51,474 nucleotides of DNA from Basidiobolus meristosporus CBS 931.73 (GCA_002104905.1 MCFE01000629.1:1-51474), one strand, 5' to 3'. Positions 37,855 through 47,774 are shown, counted from the stretch's first letter. Numbers and translations are program-made. The notes: generated by a model from the sequence alone, not told the origin.

Positions 37855-38658
37855 TGTGGTGGTGTAGAGGTACTCCTGGGAGAAGCTACACAACTCAAGG
37901 TGTGTGAGGTGTCTGATGGGTGCAATAACCTCTGTGTCTAAACTGCTGGTGTCTTTGTCAATATGTCACTATGGTAAAAGCTCCTGCTTCTTTAGCTCCC
38001 TAGGTGCTCCAAGTGTCTCCAAAGGCCTCTGTGTGTCTTGTGCACTACCCTGAAAAGCTCCTTGATGGCAGGTCTTAGATGTACTGTTGAAGGCAGGTGC
38101 AGTGATCAACTGCTAATCAATAAGGTAGAAGTGTTACTGATAGAAGGGATGATTTATTGATGAGGGATTGCTTTCCCTTAAATACTTTTCCTGATTGCCA
38201 AGTGATTACTAATGACAAGGTTCTAGAAGATTCTAGGTATCAGTGGAATTCTTGATGACATCACTATGAGCTAAAAATATGCCAAGAATGTCCTGGAAGG
38301 TTCTAAAAGGCACAGCACTCTCAACCAATCAGGAATCAGTAGTCTGAAACCTGTGCAACATAGAAATACCATATATGGTATTGAAATGGTAGAGATGGTA
38401 ACACAGACCTAGGTCATGTGTCACGGGTACTGACGCGGGTACTTGCCTTATATAGATACATCTACTGATCACAAAGCTGAATAACATCTGGGATAACTAA
38501 TGCTAATAACTAATCAGGGTAAACATCATATGGGGATAATACTGATAATATGGGCAAAAGAAGAATGGGATAATACTGATAAGATAAAATATGGATAAAT
38601 ATATCATAATGACTATATGAATAAACTTGTCTGTGGGAGGTATGTTTACCCTACCACA
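37855..38658 (-). repeat. 3' LTR (804 bp)
   Basis: No difference from 40,668-41,471 found by eye. Confidence 0.95.
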
Positions 38659-38672
38659 TCCACCCCCCACTT
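38659..38672 (-). other. Polypurine tract
   Basis: Minus strand AAGTGGGGGGTGGA abutting the 3' LTR. Confidence 0.85.
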
Positions 38673-38736
38673 GAGCTAAAAAGTTTCAGGGAACCTTTTA
38701 GCTAACCACTGTAAGTTTGGAGAACAAAGTGCTCTC

Positions 38737-40593
38737 TCAGTCTTCCTCAATGAAGCCACCTGTCCTTTCTTGAGATAGAAATCTACATGATGTCATTGAT
38801 CGGATATTGTTTGAGTCCACACCACAGAAGGTTGCTGTTAGTCCTGGGCTCTCTGAGTATATAGTATACCATGCTGAACCATCTGGGTAGTTCACTGCAG
38901 TTGCTCTTGCTTTTACCTCCCATGGTCTTCCAAGAAGTAATTCAAAGTTAGCCTTTGCACATATGAATACTGGGATCTCATGGGGTATTCCTTCAATGAT
39001 GAGAGGGAAGCTGTGAATAATTCCTAAAAGCTTTGATTGCCCTGAGTTGGCATCCTTCATGCTCCAATTGATATTGGTGTCTATGGGCAATAAGTCTTTG
39101 CATGGTAGTTGTTTCCAAGCCTCCAAAGGCATCACACATATCTCAGATCCACTGTCTATATGACATAGGATTTCTTGATTATGCACAGTTCCTGTAGTTG
39201 TTGCAGTTGCCACTGAGTAGTAGTGTTTCTGGCTTTGATGCAGCTTACTGATATTTTGGCTTCCTTGAACTGTCCTGACCTGGTTGCCTTGAGTTGATTC
39301 AATTGGATGCTTTCTTATTCTGATATGCTCATCCAGAGTCTTTCTTACAGATGGTGATACACTGAGTAGCTCTCCAACCTTGATTGATATGTTGCTTCCT
39401 AATATATGACTTGTCAGAGCCTCTGGGGTACCATTTTGCTTGACTCTAGGCTGCATGTGGTAGTTGTTGGCCTTGGCAGACTCTTGTAAAATTAATGGGG
39501 GTGATGCTTTCTTCTCAATCACAACTTCTGGCTCACATCTTGGTACTTTTGTTGCTGGGCCTGGATTAGCCATTTTTTCAGGATGGTGTCTCTTTGAAGC
39601 ATAAATTGAAGCTATATGATCTTGGGCCTCTCTGGGGTCCTCATAGTCAAAGTTCAGAACTTCAGCTGGATCAAAGTAGTCAGGATCTTCTTCTTCATGG
39701 AGGTGAACCTTTCTTGTATGAGAGGTGACTTGCTTGTAGTGAACTCTCATTCCTCCTTGTCCAAATGCTGTGGATAATTTGTCACCATGCTTACTGACTA
39801 TGTATCCCTGAGGACTATATAGGACATCACCTGTGGATAGTAATGACTGAAGCTCTTGGCAATTTCTCTTGGAATGGTTGGCAGAGTCACACCACATGCA
39901 TGTATATTTGACTTCTTTCTCTACTGGCTTCTGACCATATGCTTTGCTGGCAAGTAGCAAAGAGAGTTTCTCTAGTTGCTGTGTCAGCTCCTGAATTTGA
40001 GTGCTTTGATTGCTGGGATTAAGTATGTCTTGGCTATCTTGGTTTTGTCCTGGGCTTGAAAGAAGCTTTCTGATTGGTGAGGTTTCTTCAGGGGCAAGTA
40101 AAATCTGCTTAGCTAACTGAAATGCAGGCAGTGAACTCATAGCTTTCACAGTAGGATTGTTTTCAATCCTTCTAACCAGGCCTTCTGGTAGTGCTCTGAG
40201 CAGATAGGCAGATAAAGTCAGATCAGTGATAATGCCTTGGGCTTTCAGTGACTCTCCAATTTGCTCAAGGCCACTCAAGTATTCTTTCAATGGTAGCAGC
40301 TTAAACTTGCTATAAGCAAAGTTCTCCAAGTCTTGAAGTGTGTAGTCAACTTGTCTCTCTCCATATTCATCAATCAAGTAGCTCTTCAAGAGGGTCCAGT
40401 TTGTCAGCAGATCATTTCTTTCATATAAAGAGAGCATGATCTCATCAGTGCTGTAGGGGGGCATCTCTTCAGCCATAATGGCCTCAGGTATTTTGTGGGC
40501 TCTGCAGAAAAGCTCCCACCTCTTGATGAAAGCATTAACTTTGGTTCCATCAAAGAAAGGGGTTCCTTGCATTCCTGGTAAAGGTAGATCCAT
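38737..40593 (-). CDS. gag: Gag-aspartic protease polyprotein, 618 aa, intact
   Basis: N-terminal PFFDG..V..FI; CCHC knuckle CMWCDSANHSKRNC; protease HIDSGSEICVM and FELLLGRPW; stops about 65 bp before the PPT. Confidence 0.9.
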   Translation of the reverse strand: MDLPLPGMQGTPFFDGTKVNAFIKRWELFCRAHKIPEAIMAEEMPPYSTDEIMLSLYERNDLLTNWTLLKSYLIDEYGERQVDYTLQDLENFAYSKFKLLPLKEYLSGLEQIGESLKAQGIITDLTLSAYLLRALPEGLVRRIENNPTVKAMSSLPAFQLAKQILLAPEETSPIRKLLSSPGQNQDSQDILNPSNQSTQIQELTQQLEKLSLLLASKAYGQKPVEKEVKYTCMWCDSANHSKRNCQELQSLLSTGDVLYSPQGYIVSKHGDKLSTAFGQGGMRVHYKQVTSHTRKVHLHEEEDPDYFDPAEVLNFDYEDPREAQDHIASIYASKRHHPEKMANPGPATKVPRCEPEVVIEKKASPPLILQESAKANNYHMQPRVKQNGTPEALTSHILGSNISIKVGELLSVSPSVRKTLDEHIRIRKHPIESTQGNQVRTVQGSQNISKLHQSQKHYYSVATATTTGTVHNQEILCHIDSGSEICVMPLEAWKQLPCKDLLPIDTNINWSMKDANSGQSKLLGIIHSFPLIIEGIPHEIPVFICAKANFELLLGRPWEVKARATAVNYPDGSAWYTIYSESPGLTATFCGVDSNNIRSMTSCRFLSQERTGGFIEED

Positions 40594-40646
40594 GGTCTTG
40601 ATAATTTGTTCTTTCTTAAGTCTTCTAGGGGCAGTTCAGTCAAACC

Positions 40647-40663
40647 CCCCACGTTGGGTGCCA
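40647..40663 (-). other. Primer-binding site, tRNA-Lys(CUU)-type
   Basis: TGGCACCCAACGTGGGG versus the classical Lys1,2 PBS TGGCGCCCAACGTGGGG; 4 nt from the LTR end. Confidence 0.8.
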
Positions 40664-40667
40664 AATA

Positions 40668-41471
40668 TGTGGTGGTGTAGAGGTACTCCTGGGAGAAGCT
40701 ACACAACTCAAGGTGTGTGAGGTGTCTGATGGGTGCAATAACCTCTGTGTCTAAACTGCTGGTGTCTTTGTCAATATGTCACTATGGTAAAAGCTCCTGC
40801 TTCTTTAGCTCCCTAGGTGCTCCAAGTGTCTCCAAAGGCCTCTGTGTGTCTTGTGCACTACCCTGAAAAGCTCCTTGATGGCAGGTCTTAGATGTACTGT
40901 TGAAGGCAGGTGCAGTGATCAACTGCTAATCAATAAGGTAGAAGTGTTACTGATAGAAGGGATGATTTATTGATGAGGGATTGCTTTCCCTTAAATACTT
41001 TTCCTGATTGCCAAGTGATTACTAATGACAAGGTTCTAGAAGATTCTAGGTATCAGTGGAATTCTTGATGACATCACTATGAGCTAAAAATATGCCAAGA
41101 ATGTCCTGGAAGGTTCTAAAAGGCACAGCACTCTCAACCAATCAGGAATCAGTAGTCTGAAACCTGTGCAACATAGAAATACCATATATGGTATTGAAAT
41201 GGTAGAGATGGTAACACAGACCTAGGTCATGTGTCACGGGTACTGACGCGGGTACTTGCCTTATATAGATACATCTACTGATCACAAAGCTGAATAACAT
41301 CTGGGATAACTAATGCTAATAACTAATCAGGGTAAACATCATATGGGGATAATACTGATAATATGGGCAAAAGAAGAATGGGATAATACTGATAAGATAA
41401 AATATGGATAAATATATCATAATGACTATATGAATAAACTTGTCTGTGGGAGGTATGTTTACCCTACCACA
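40668..41471 (-). repeat. 5' LTR (804 bp)
   Basis: Direct repeat of 37,855-38,658. Confidence 0.95.
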
Positions 41472-44149
41472 GCGCATGTGTCTGTTTCATGGAAAGAAAG
41501 GAAGAAGCTCTGTTTAAGCTCAAGGAGCTTAAAGCCATGGTGGAGAGAGAAACTGGTCAAATATCCAGAAAATACACTTTGACAATGGTGGAGAATATAC
41601 CTCAAAACTCTTCAGCCACTTCTTGAGAATTCATAGGATAAAGCAAGAGACTAATGAACACTACTCCCCACAGCAAAATGGAGTGGCACAATGTGCAAAC
41701 AGACTGTTACTTGATATTGCAAGATCTATGATCCATGATCAAAATTATCCTATGACTTTTGGGCAGAATTAGTTGCCACAGCTGTGTAGCTTATGAATAG
41801 GAGTAATAGCAGTATACTCTGTGATATACTCCATTTGAAGCCTGGTGCTGATACAGACCAAATGCAGAACATCTAAAAATTTTTGGGTGTAGAACATATA
41901 CTAAGAAACTGCCTAGAAATCAGTCAAAACTTGAGCCAAAAAGTGTAAAATGCATATTTTTGGGCAACTGCAATGAGGGTAGAGCATACTGACTCTGCAA
42001 TATTGAAGCAAAGCAGCTGATCAAGTCCAGGGATGAATTGTTTGATGAGAACTCAAAATTATCACAAAAAAGGACATTGATGCTGGCATATATCTGATCT
42101 CAAGTTTGCCAATAATCAGGATTGAATCAGAGCCAAACAATGAGAACCTCTTTACTCCATAGTGCTCTACAACTGTGGTTCAGCCTGAATCAGTGCCCTG
42201 GAATATTCCAGAAGTGATCATTCCAGTATCAAATGCCAGGAGATCCAACATGAGAAGAAATGGCCCAAATTACTATATCAATGAAGGAACAAACCTAGCC
42301 TATGCCAATTCAGTCCATATTGATGAGCCCCAGGCTGTAAAAGAGGCTGTAGATAGCACTTAGACATATTTTTGGAGATCTTCAATGAGTGAAGAGTATC
42401 AGGCCCTGATGAAAAAGCAAACTTGGTACTTGGTCAAATTACCAATCAACCAAAAATCAATTGGATGAGGATGTGTCTACAAGACAAATGCAAAGCTGAT
42501 GGTACAATTGAAAGATACAAAGCAAGACTTGTGGACAAAGGATACTCTCAAACAAAAGGACTTGACTATACTGAGACCTTTGCACTGGTAGCCAACTTTA
42601 ATTGCATCAGATTAATAGTGGCTATTGAAGTCAAATCTAAGATTTCTATACATAAAATGGATGTAAAAACTGCATTTTGGAATGAGGAAATTTATGAGGG
42701 CATGCATATGGACCAGCCTGATGGGTTTGTTGGCCAAGATAACCCTAATTTAGTCTGCAAGCTAAAAAAGTATCAATATGAACTCAAACAATCACCAAGA
42801 GCCTGAAAGTGCAATATAGATTCTTATTGAGAGTCTTTGGGTTTCAATAGGAGTAATGCTGACTATAGTATATTATAAGCCAAATCAGACAAATCCAGTT
42901 CTAATGGCTCTATATATGGATGATCTTCTTATAGCTGCCAATAACCTAGAAACATTAGATGAGACTAAATCTAGCTTATCAAAAGAATTGAAGATGCCCA
43001 ATCTTGGAGAACTCAGATACTACTTAGAGATAAAGATCTTCATAGACAGAAGTACCCAGATTATCTCCCTAAGCCAATCAAGGTATATTTAAGATGTACT
43101 AGAGAAGTACTGTATGGAAGACTGTTAACCAGCAGCTACCTTAACAGAGACAAACATTAACTTGGTCAAAACTCAACCTACTCAAGAGGGCCTGGTGCCA
43201 TTTGGAAGCCCTGACTTTCCTTGTCAGTCTATGGTCATCTTTCTGATGTATATCATGCCTGGATCACATCCAGATATTTAATATTCAGTGGAAGTTGTTA
43301 GCCAGCAAAATCAGAACTGTAGATCTGATCATATTGCAGCAGTTAGGTGGATTTTTAGATACCTCACGGGATATGCTGATATCTGCTCAAGGTACACCTA
43401 AAATGATTCAGAACAAACTCTTTTGGCATACTCTGATGCTGATTGGGGACAAAATTTAGTGGACAGTATATCCACCACAGGATACACCTTTCTTTACTGG
43501 CAGGGAGCAATTTCATGGAATTCAGGAAAGCAACAAACCATAGTACTTTCTACCACAGAGGCAGAGTATATAGTAGCCTGTGAAGCTGCAGAAGAAGCAA
43601 TATGGCTAAGAAAGCATTTTACAGATTTGGGTCTATGTTAGTAACTGCCTATTACTTTGTTTCTAGATAATCAGGGGTGCATACCATTGGGTAGAAATCC
43701 AACTTTTCATGCTAGAACTAAGCACATAGATATTAGACATCATCTCATACATGAAGCTATAGAGAATATTGTTGTTGGCTTAGTTTACTGTCTTGCAGAT
43801 GAAATGATTGCAGACATATTTACCAAACCATTAGCTAGAGTCAAGTTTGAATATCTTAGATCAAAATTATGACTAGTCAGTGTGAGCATTTAGTTTAGTG
43901 AGACTGTTGTAAAAAGCTTGTAACTCCACCCAAGTACTTACCTAACTTAGTCACTTGGATCTTTACCTCCAAATCCTAGAGAATACTGATCAAATTCCAT
44001 GTTGTTATTTATTTACTTTCTTTAAGGTGGACTTGCATCTTGATTCTGGAAATTGTGTAATGCTTCCCACAAAACTGCTTGCCATCTGACCCTTTGAGAT
44101 GTGGACCTAACCTCTGTAGAGTACTTGGTAATTCCAGGTGTAGTAAATA

Positions 44150-45240
44150 CTAGGTATGCTGCTCTTTCTACCACTTGCAATATATAAGAATTGCAGAGAA
44201 ATAGAGAGTTTATGTTGCATAGTATCCATTGACACTTATACTAGTTTTATTGAGGTTCTAGCCGCTCCTTGAATACATTTTGCTAGAGTAAGTGCTGACT
44301 AGTCACTCTTTGTAAGGTAAGCTGTGGCTGATGACCTATTTTATTGAATCATCATCACCCAATAGATCATACTTAGTATGTCTCTTTTTGTCTGTTACAA
44401 ATCTTCCAATGCAACTGCTGACCAGCGCTACTGATTTGATAGATGAAATCAACTTACTCACAGGCTAAGCACATCTACTAATGAGTTGTGTGAAAACTGA
44501 TCTCACTTCAGCATATAAGCAGTAGCTCATAAGATCCACTCTTACCAAAGCTGAGATGGTTCTCCTCAATCTCTTTTCTTATGATGGCAATATCTTGAAG
44601 GTTCAGCTTTGTCAGTTTATCATGCAGGTTTAAGTCTGAAAGCTTTAAGCCAAAACATCTTTGATATTTCCTTGTTTGTCCACTAGCCTATACATTGCAC
44701 CTAGGCATTGTCAGAAAAGCTTGAGTGGACTTATCCATTGGGGTTCAAACTTCTCCTCAGTGTGGTTTTCAGTAATCCAGAGTTCCCAGCTGTTTGTGCC
44801 TCTGGCAGCATAGTCTTATTAGATATATGCTTCTTCACCTCTGCACTCTTGAACACTTTTACCTCCACCTCTTGACATCTTTTCCCATAGCTGACATCTA
44901 CTTGGCTGATGGAGGTCATATTCCAAAGTGGCTGGAAGCTTTGGTTGTGAGAGATCTCCAGCAACTCTTGCTTTGCATCCCTACACTATTCAACAAAGCA
45001 ATTGCTGAGTGGTATTATGTACTCTAACTCTGCAGGCTACTGCTGCTTGGTCTATGTACTCATCCTATTTACCAAAAGCTCCATTGTTGAGCATATTCCC
45101 AAAAAGCTTGTCACCCCTCTGAGGAGCTCTGTTATTTCTGGAATGATATGCCAGAGCTTCTAAGCTTCTGGTCTGGTGCATTTCCAGGTGGGTTTCCAAT
45201 GTCTTAGCCACTGACCATATAGTGTCATGGTTAATGGCTA
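44150..45240 (-). mobile_element. Gypsy family B integrase tail plus 3' LTR
   Basis: Aligns with 25,633-26,800; LTR about 44,150-44,535. Confidence 0.75.
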
Positions 45241-45249
45241 CTGACACTT

Positions 45250-45905
45250 ATACAGTTTCATTGTTTATATTTATACTGTTGAGCACTGAGTTGGCAGTTT
45301 GTCTTTGACATTAAGACACAGGCAGTCAAAGAAACTTTGTTTGTGCTTCTGGTACTTTCAGGCTGCATTTCCTACATCTTTGGGTGGGCATTCTTCTCCC
45401 ATAATAACACTCCAAAGGCCTCTTTCCTGTAGCATCAGCTTCATCCTCCCTTTCCAAACTTGGTAGTCAGATCCATCCAACTCTTCAGCAGAGGGAAAAC
45501 ACCAGTAATGGTAGTAGTGGACATTTCAGAGAGTGACAGCTTGGGGCTCATAGCCTGTTGTAAGAGCTTCGGAGATATTGGAAGTGATTGGGAGAACAGG
45601 TAGAATATGTGGTTTTCACTTGATGATTTATTAGATGCAAGGGTAATTCGTGTACATTTCCATGGTCTTGGCAAAACAAACACGTGGAATATATTTCGGA
45701 AGGTCCCACAAGCATGTGGGCAAAGTTTGAGGCAGTTTGGACGGCTCTGAGATACCTCATGCTCAGGGTACAGGATATTTCGGTGAAAATATACCCAAGT
45801 AAATTCCGACCAGGTATTTGGCCAGAATTATCCAGGATTTGTAGACTATGGTCGAAGTGACGAAGTTGGGCGAATATTCAGGTGTGGTGACGGAATTCCC
45901 AACCA
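45250..45905 (-). mobile_element. Copia family C 5' LTR, PBS and gag start
   Basis: LTR 45,556-45,905 aligns with 35,197-35,527 plus 36,261-36,311; PBS GGCTATGAGCCCC; gag KLDGSNYQVWK.RMKLML..RGLW. Confidence 0.8.
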
Positions 45906-45914
45906 TCCATACAT

Positions 45915-46177
45915 CTTCCTAGCAGCTGGACATGACCGGTAGGTGTCTTCTAAGGTCTTTCAAGCATTCTCGGCTGTTACGGCCCTTAAGCATCGAGTCA
46001 GCCGCTGGTCTTTGGACGAATTGGAGATTATTCATGTCTTGGGTACCTGATACGTTGGTACAGTATTCCAAGCAAGCCCGGACAATGAATTCGGGCCAGA
46101 TATTCCAACATTTGTAGACCAGGATCAAGGTGACCAAGTTAATGGGATATTTAGGTGTAATCACGAAATTCACTACA
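45915..46177 (-). mobile_element. Second copia C LTR start fused to a gag fragment (internal deletion)
   Basis: Begins TGTAGTG; aligns with 45,750-45,900; TTAGAAGACACCTACCGGTCATG matches gag at 36,620-36,645. Confidence 0.65.
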
Positions 46178-46826
46178 TGCACATCATTGGTCACGGGTAC
46201 TGGATACAATGGAATGGTCGAGTAGGTGTACCACCACCGTGGGTCAAGGCCTACCCACCCTATACGCCGGTGGTGCAACTCCCATCGGCTGAACCTGACA
46301 CCAGGGGAGAGAAAATCCCCTTCCCCCCCCAGAGGCGGCGATCGATCTGGAGGTGATTGGGCTGGGTCTGCGGGTGCAGGTGCAGATGCAGGTATCACCC
46401 GATGCGCAGAAGGATCCATCAGAAGCTAAGGAAGGGGGAGGGAATATATCTACCCACATCTACTCTTGGGCCCACTCGGGGACTTCTCAACCATCGGGGT
46501 CCCCTGGGAGTGAGTCACGATGATCCGGCCCGATGCCTCGTCCCACGGTAGGTCCACCGACAGATATGGTGGGTGGTGGTGGTGGACCCAGTGCCCAAGC
46601 CATGGGATGATGATCCGTGACTCGCAAATCACTCCGACGACAAATCGAAGGGGACCGGAAGGAATTTTTTTTTGGGGGGGGACAGAGGTTGGTGAGTTTT
46701 TTTTTTTTAATCAAAATGGAATCTATCTCGAATCTAGGTGCAAATGGAATGTACCGGTGAACTGAGTTGTTTGGAAGTAGTTTACTTTACATGAAGTGAG
46801 GGGGCAGGGAGGCGGGGAGAGGGGAA

Positions 46827-47714
46827 TCAGGCACTTTCGTTCAAGAAAGACTTGGCGAATTGGGGGAGAACGAAGGCGGCCTCGTGAACGGCCGAGTTGT
46901 AGTACTTGCAAAGCTTGGCCTCCTCTTCGGGGGTCCAGGTGCGGAGGGGCTTCTTGAGGTTTCTTCCCTCCTCCTTGCAGCACATGATGAACCCGATTTG
47001 TCCGGAGGGGTAGGTAGGGATGGTGGTGAAAGCGTACTCGACCACGGGGTACATCTCCTTGGAGAAGTCCAACACCTTCTTGATGAGGGGAAGGTGCAAC
47101 CACATGCACTCCCCTTGGGTGCAAACGATACCACCCTCACGAAGAGCCCCCTTCATAAGGTTGTAGAAGTTCTCTTGGTAGAGGGACTCGGCGGGGCCGA
47201 CTGGGTCGGAGGAGTCGGTGATGATCACGTCGAAGGTGTTCACCTTGTCCTGCAAGTAGGGGAAACCGTCGCCGATGTGGACGGAGACCTTCGGGTGCTG
47301 GAAACCGACCGCCATCGAGGGGAGGTACTTCTTGGCGTTACGGATGACCGCCTCGTCGATTTCGCAGAGGACAACCTCCTCGACGCACTCGTGCTTGACG
47401 ACCTCACGAAGGACACCACCGTCACCACCACCGATGACAAGGACTCTCTTGGGGTTGGGGTGAGCCATCAAGGGGAGGTGGGTGATCATCTCCTGGTAGG
47501 AGAACTCGTCTCTCTCGGTAGCTTGGATGACACCATCGAGGACCAAGACGTTGCCGTAGTTCTTGGATTGGAACACCAAGACGTCTTGGTAAAGGGACTT
47601 CTCGTGGTGGAGGACCTCGGCGACCTCGAGGGACATGGCTTGTCCAGGCCACAAGGTGCAGTTCTCGGTGAACCAACCGTCTTTGATCAAATGATGGGTG
47701 ATGGTGTTAGACAT
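46827..47714 (-). CDS. SPE3: Spermidine synthase (putrescine aminopropyltransferase), intronless, 295 aa
   Basis: GWF.E...[68 protein letters not shown]. Confidence 0.97.
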   Translation of the reverse strand: MSNTITHHLIKDGWFTENCTLWPGQAMSLEVAEVLHHEKSLYQDVLVFQSKNYGNVLVLDGVIQATERDEFSYQEMITHLPLMAHPNPKRVLVIGGGDGGVLREVVKHECVEEVVLCEIDEAVIRNAKKYLPSMAVGFQHPKVSVHIGDGFPYLQDKVNTFDVIITDSSDPVGPAESLYQENFYNLMKGALREGGIVCTQGECMWLHLPLIKKVLDFSKEMYPVVEYAFTTIPTYPSGQIGFIMCCKEEGRNLKKPLRTWTPEEEAKLCKYYNSAVHEAAFVLPQFAKSFLNESA

Positions 47715-47774
47715 GACAAATACCTATACAAACCGTTTCGCAAGGGCGACTCCACGCATTCGCGAAGTGCCCTC

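Larger units (their letters stand above)
37855..41471 (-). mobile_element. Young non-autonomous LTR retroelement encoding only Gag-protease (TR-GAG-like)
   Basis: TG...CA 804-bp LTRs at both ends; 4-bp TSD GCGC (37,851-37,854 and 41,472-41,475); PBS, one ORF and PPT, with no room for pol. Confidence 0.95.
35197..44010 (+). mobile_element. Decayed Ty1/copia element (family C) hosting MITE copy 3 and the Gag-only LTR element
   Basis: 5' LTR 35,197-36,311; PBS GGTTATGAGCCCC; gag; integrase DDNTSR|ACVCF split at 37,854/41,472; RT YKARLV.KGYSQ, LYMDD; RNase H AYSDADW...STTEAEY, TKHIDIRHH; partial 3' LTR from 43,905. Confidence 0.85.

Noticed and set aside
45660-46350. Apparent plus-strand pseudogene with two protein repeats (P.FVD....D.V..IFRC)
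   Set aside because: The reverse complement aligns with the copia C LTR (35,197-35,527 and 43,905-44,010); the repeat is two LTR copies, not a protein domain.
46660-46825. Poly-T and poly-G runs and G-rich tract after SPE3
   Set aside because: Ordinary low-complexity 3' flank; no rho-independent terminator is expected in a eukaryote.
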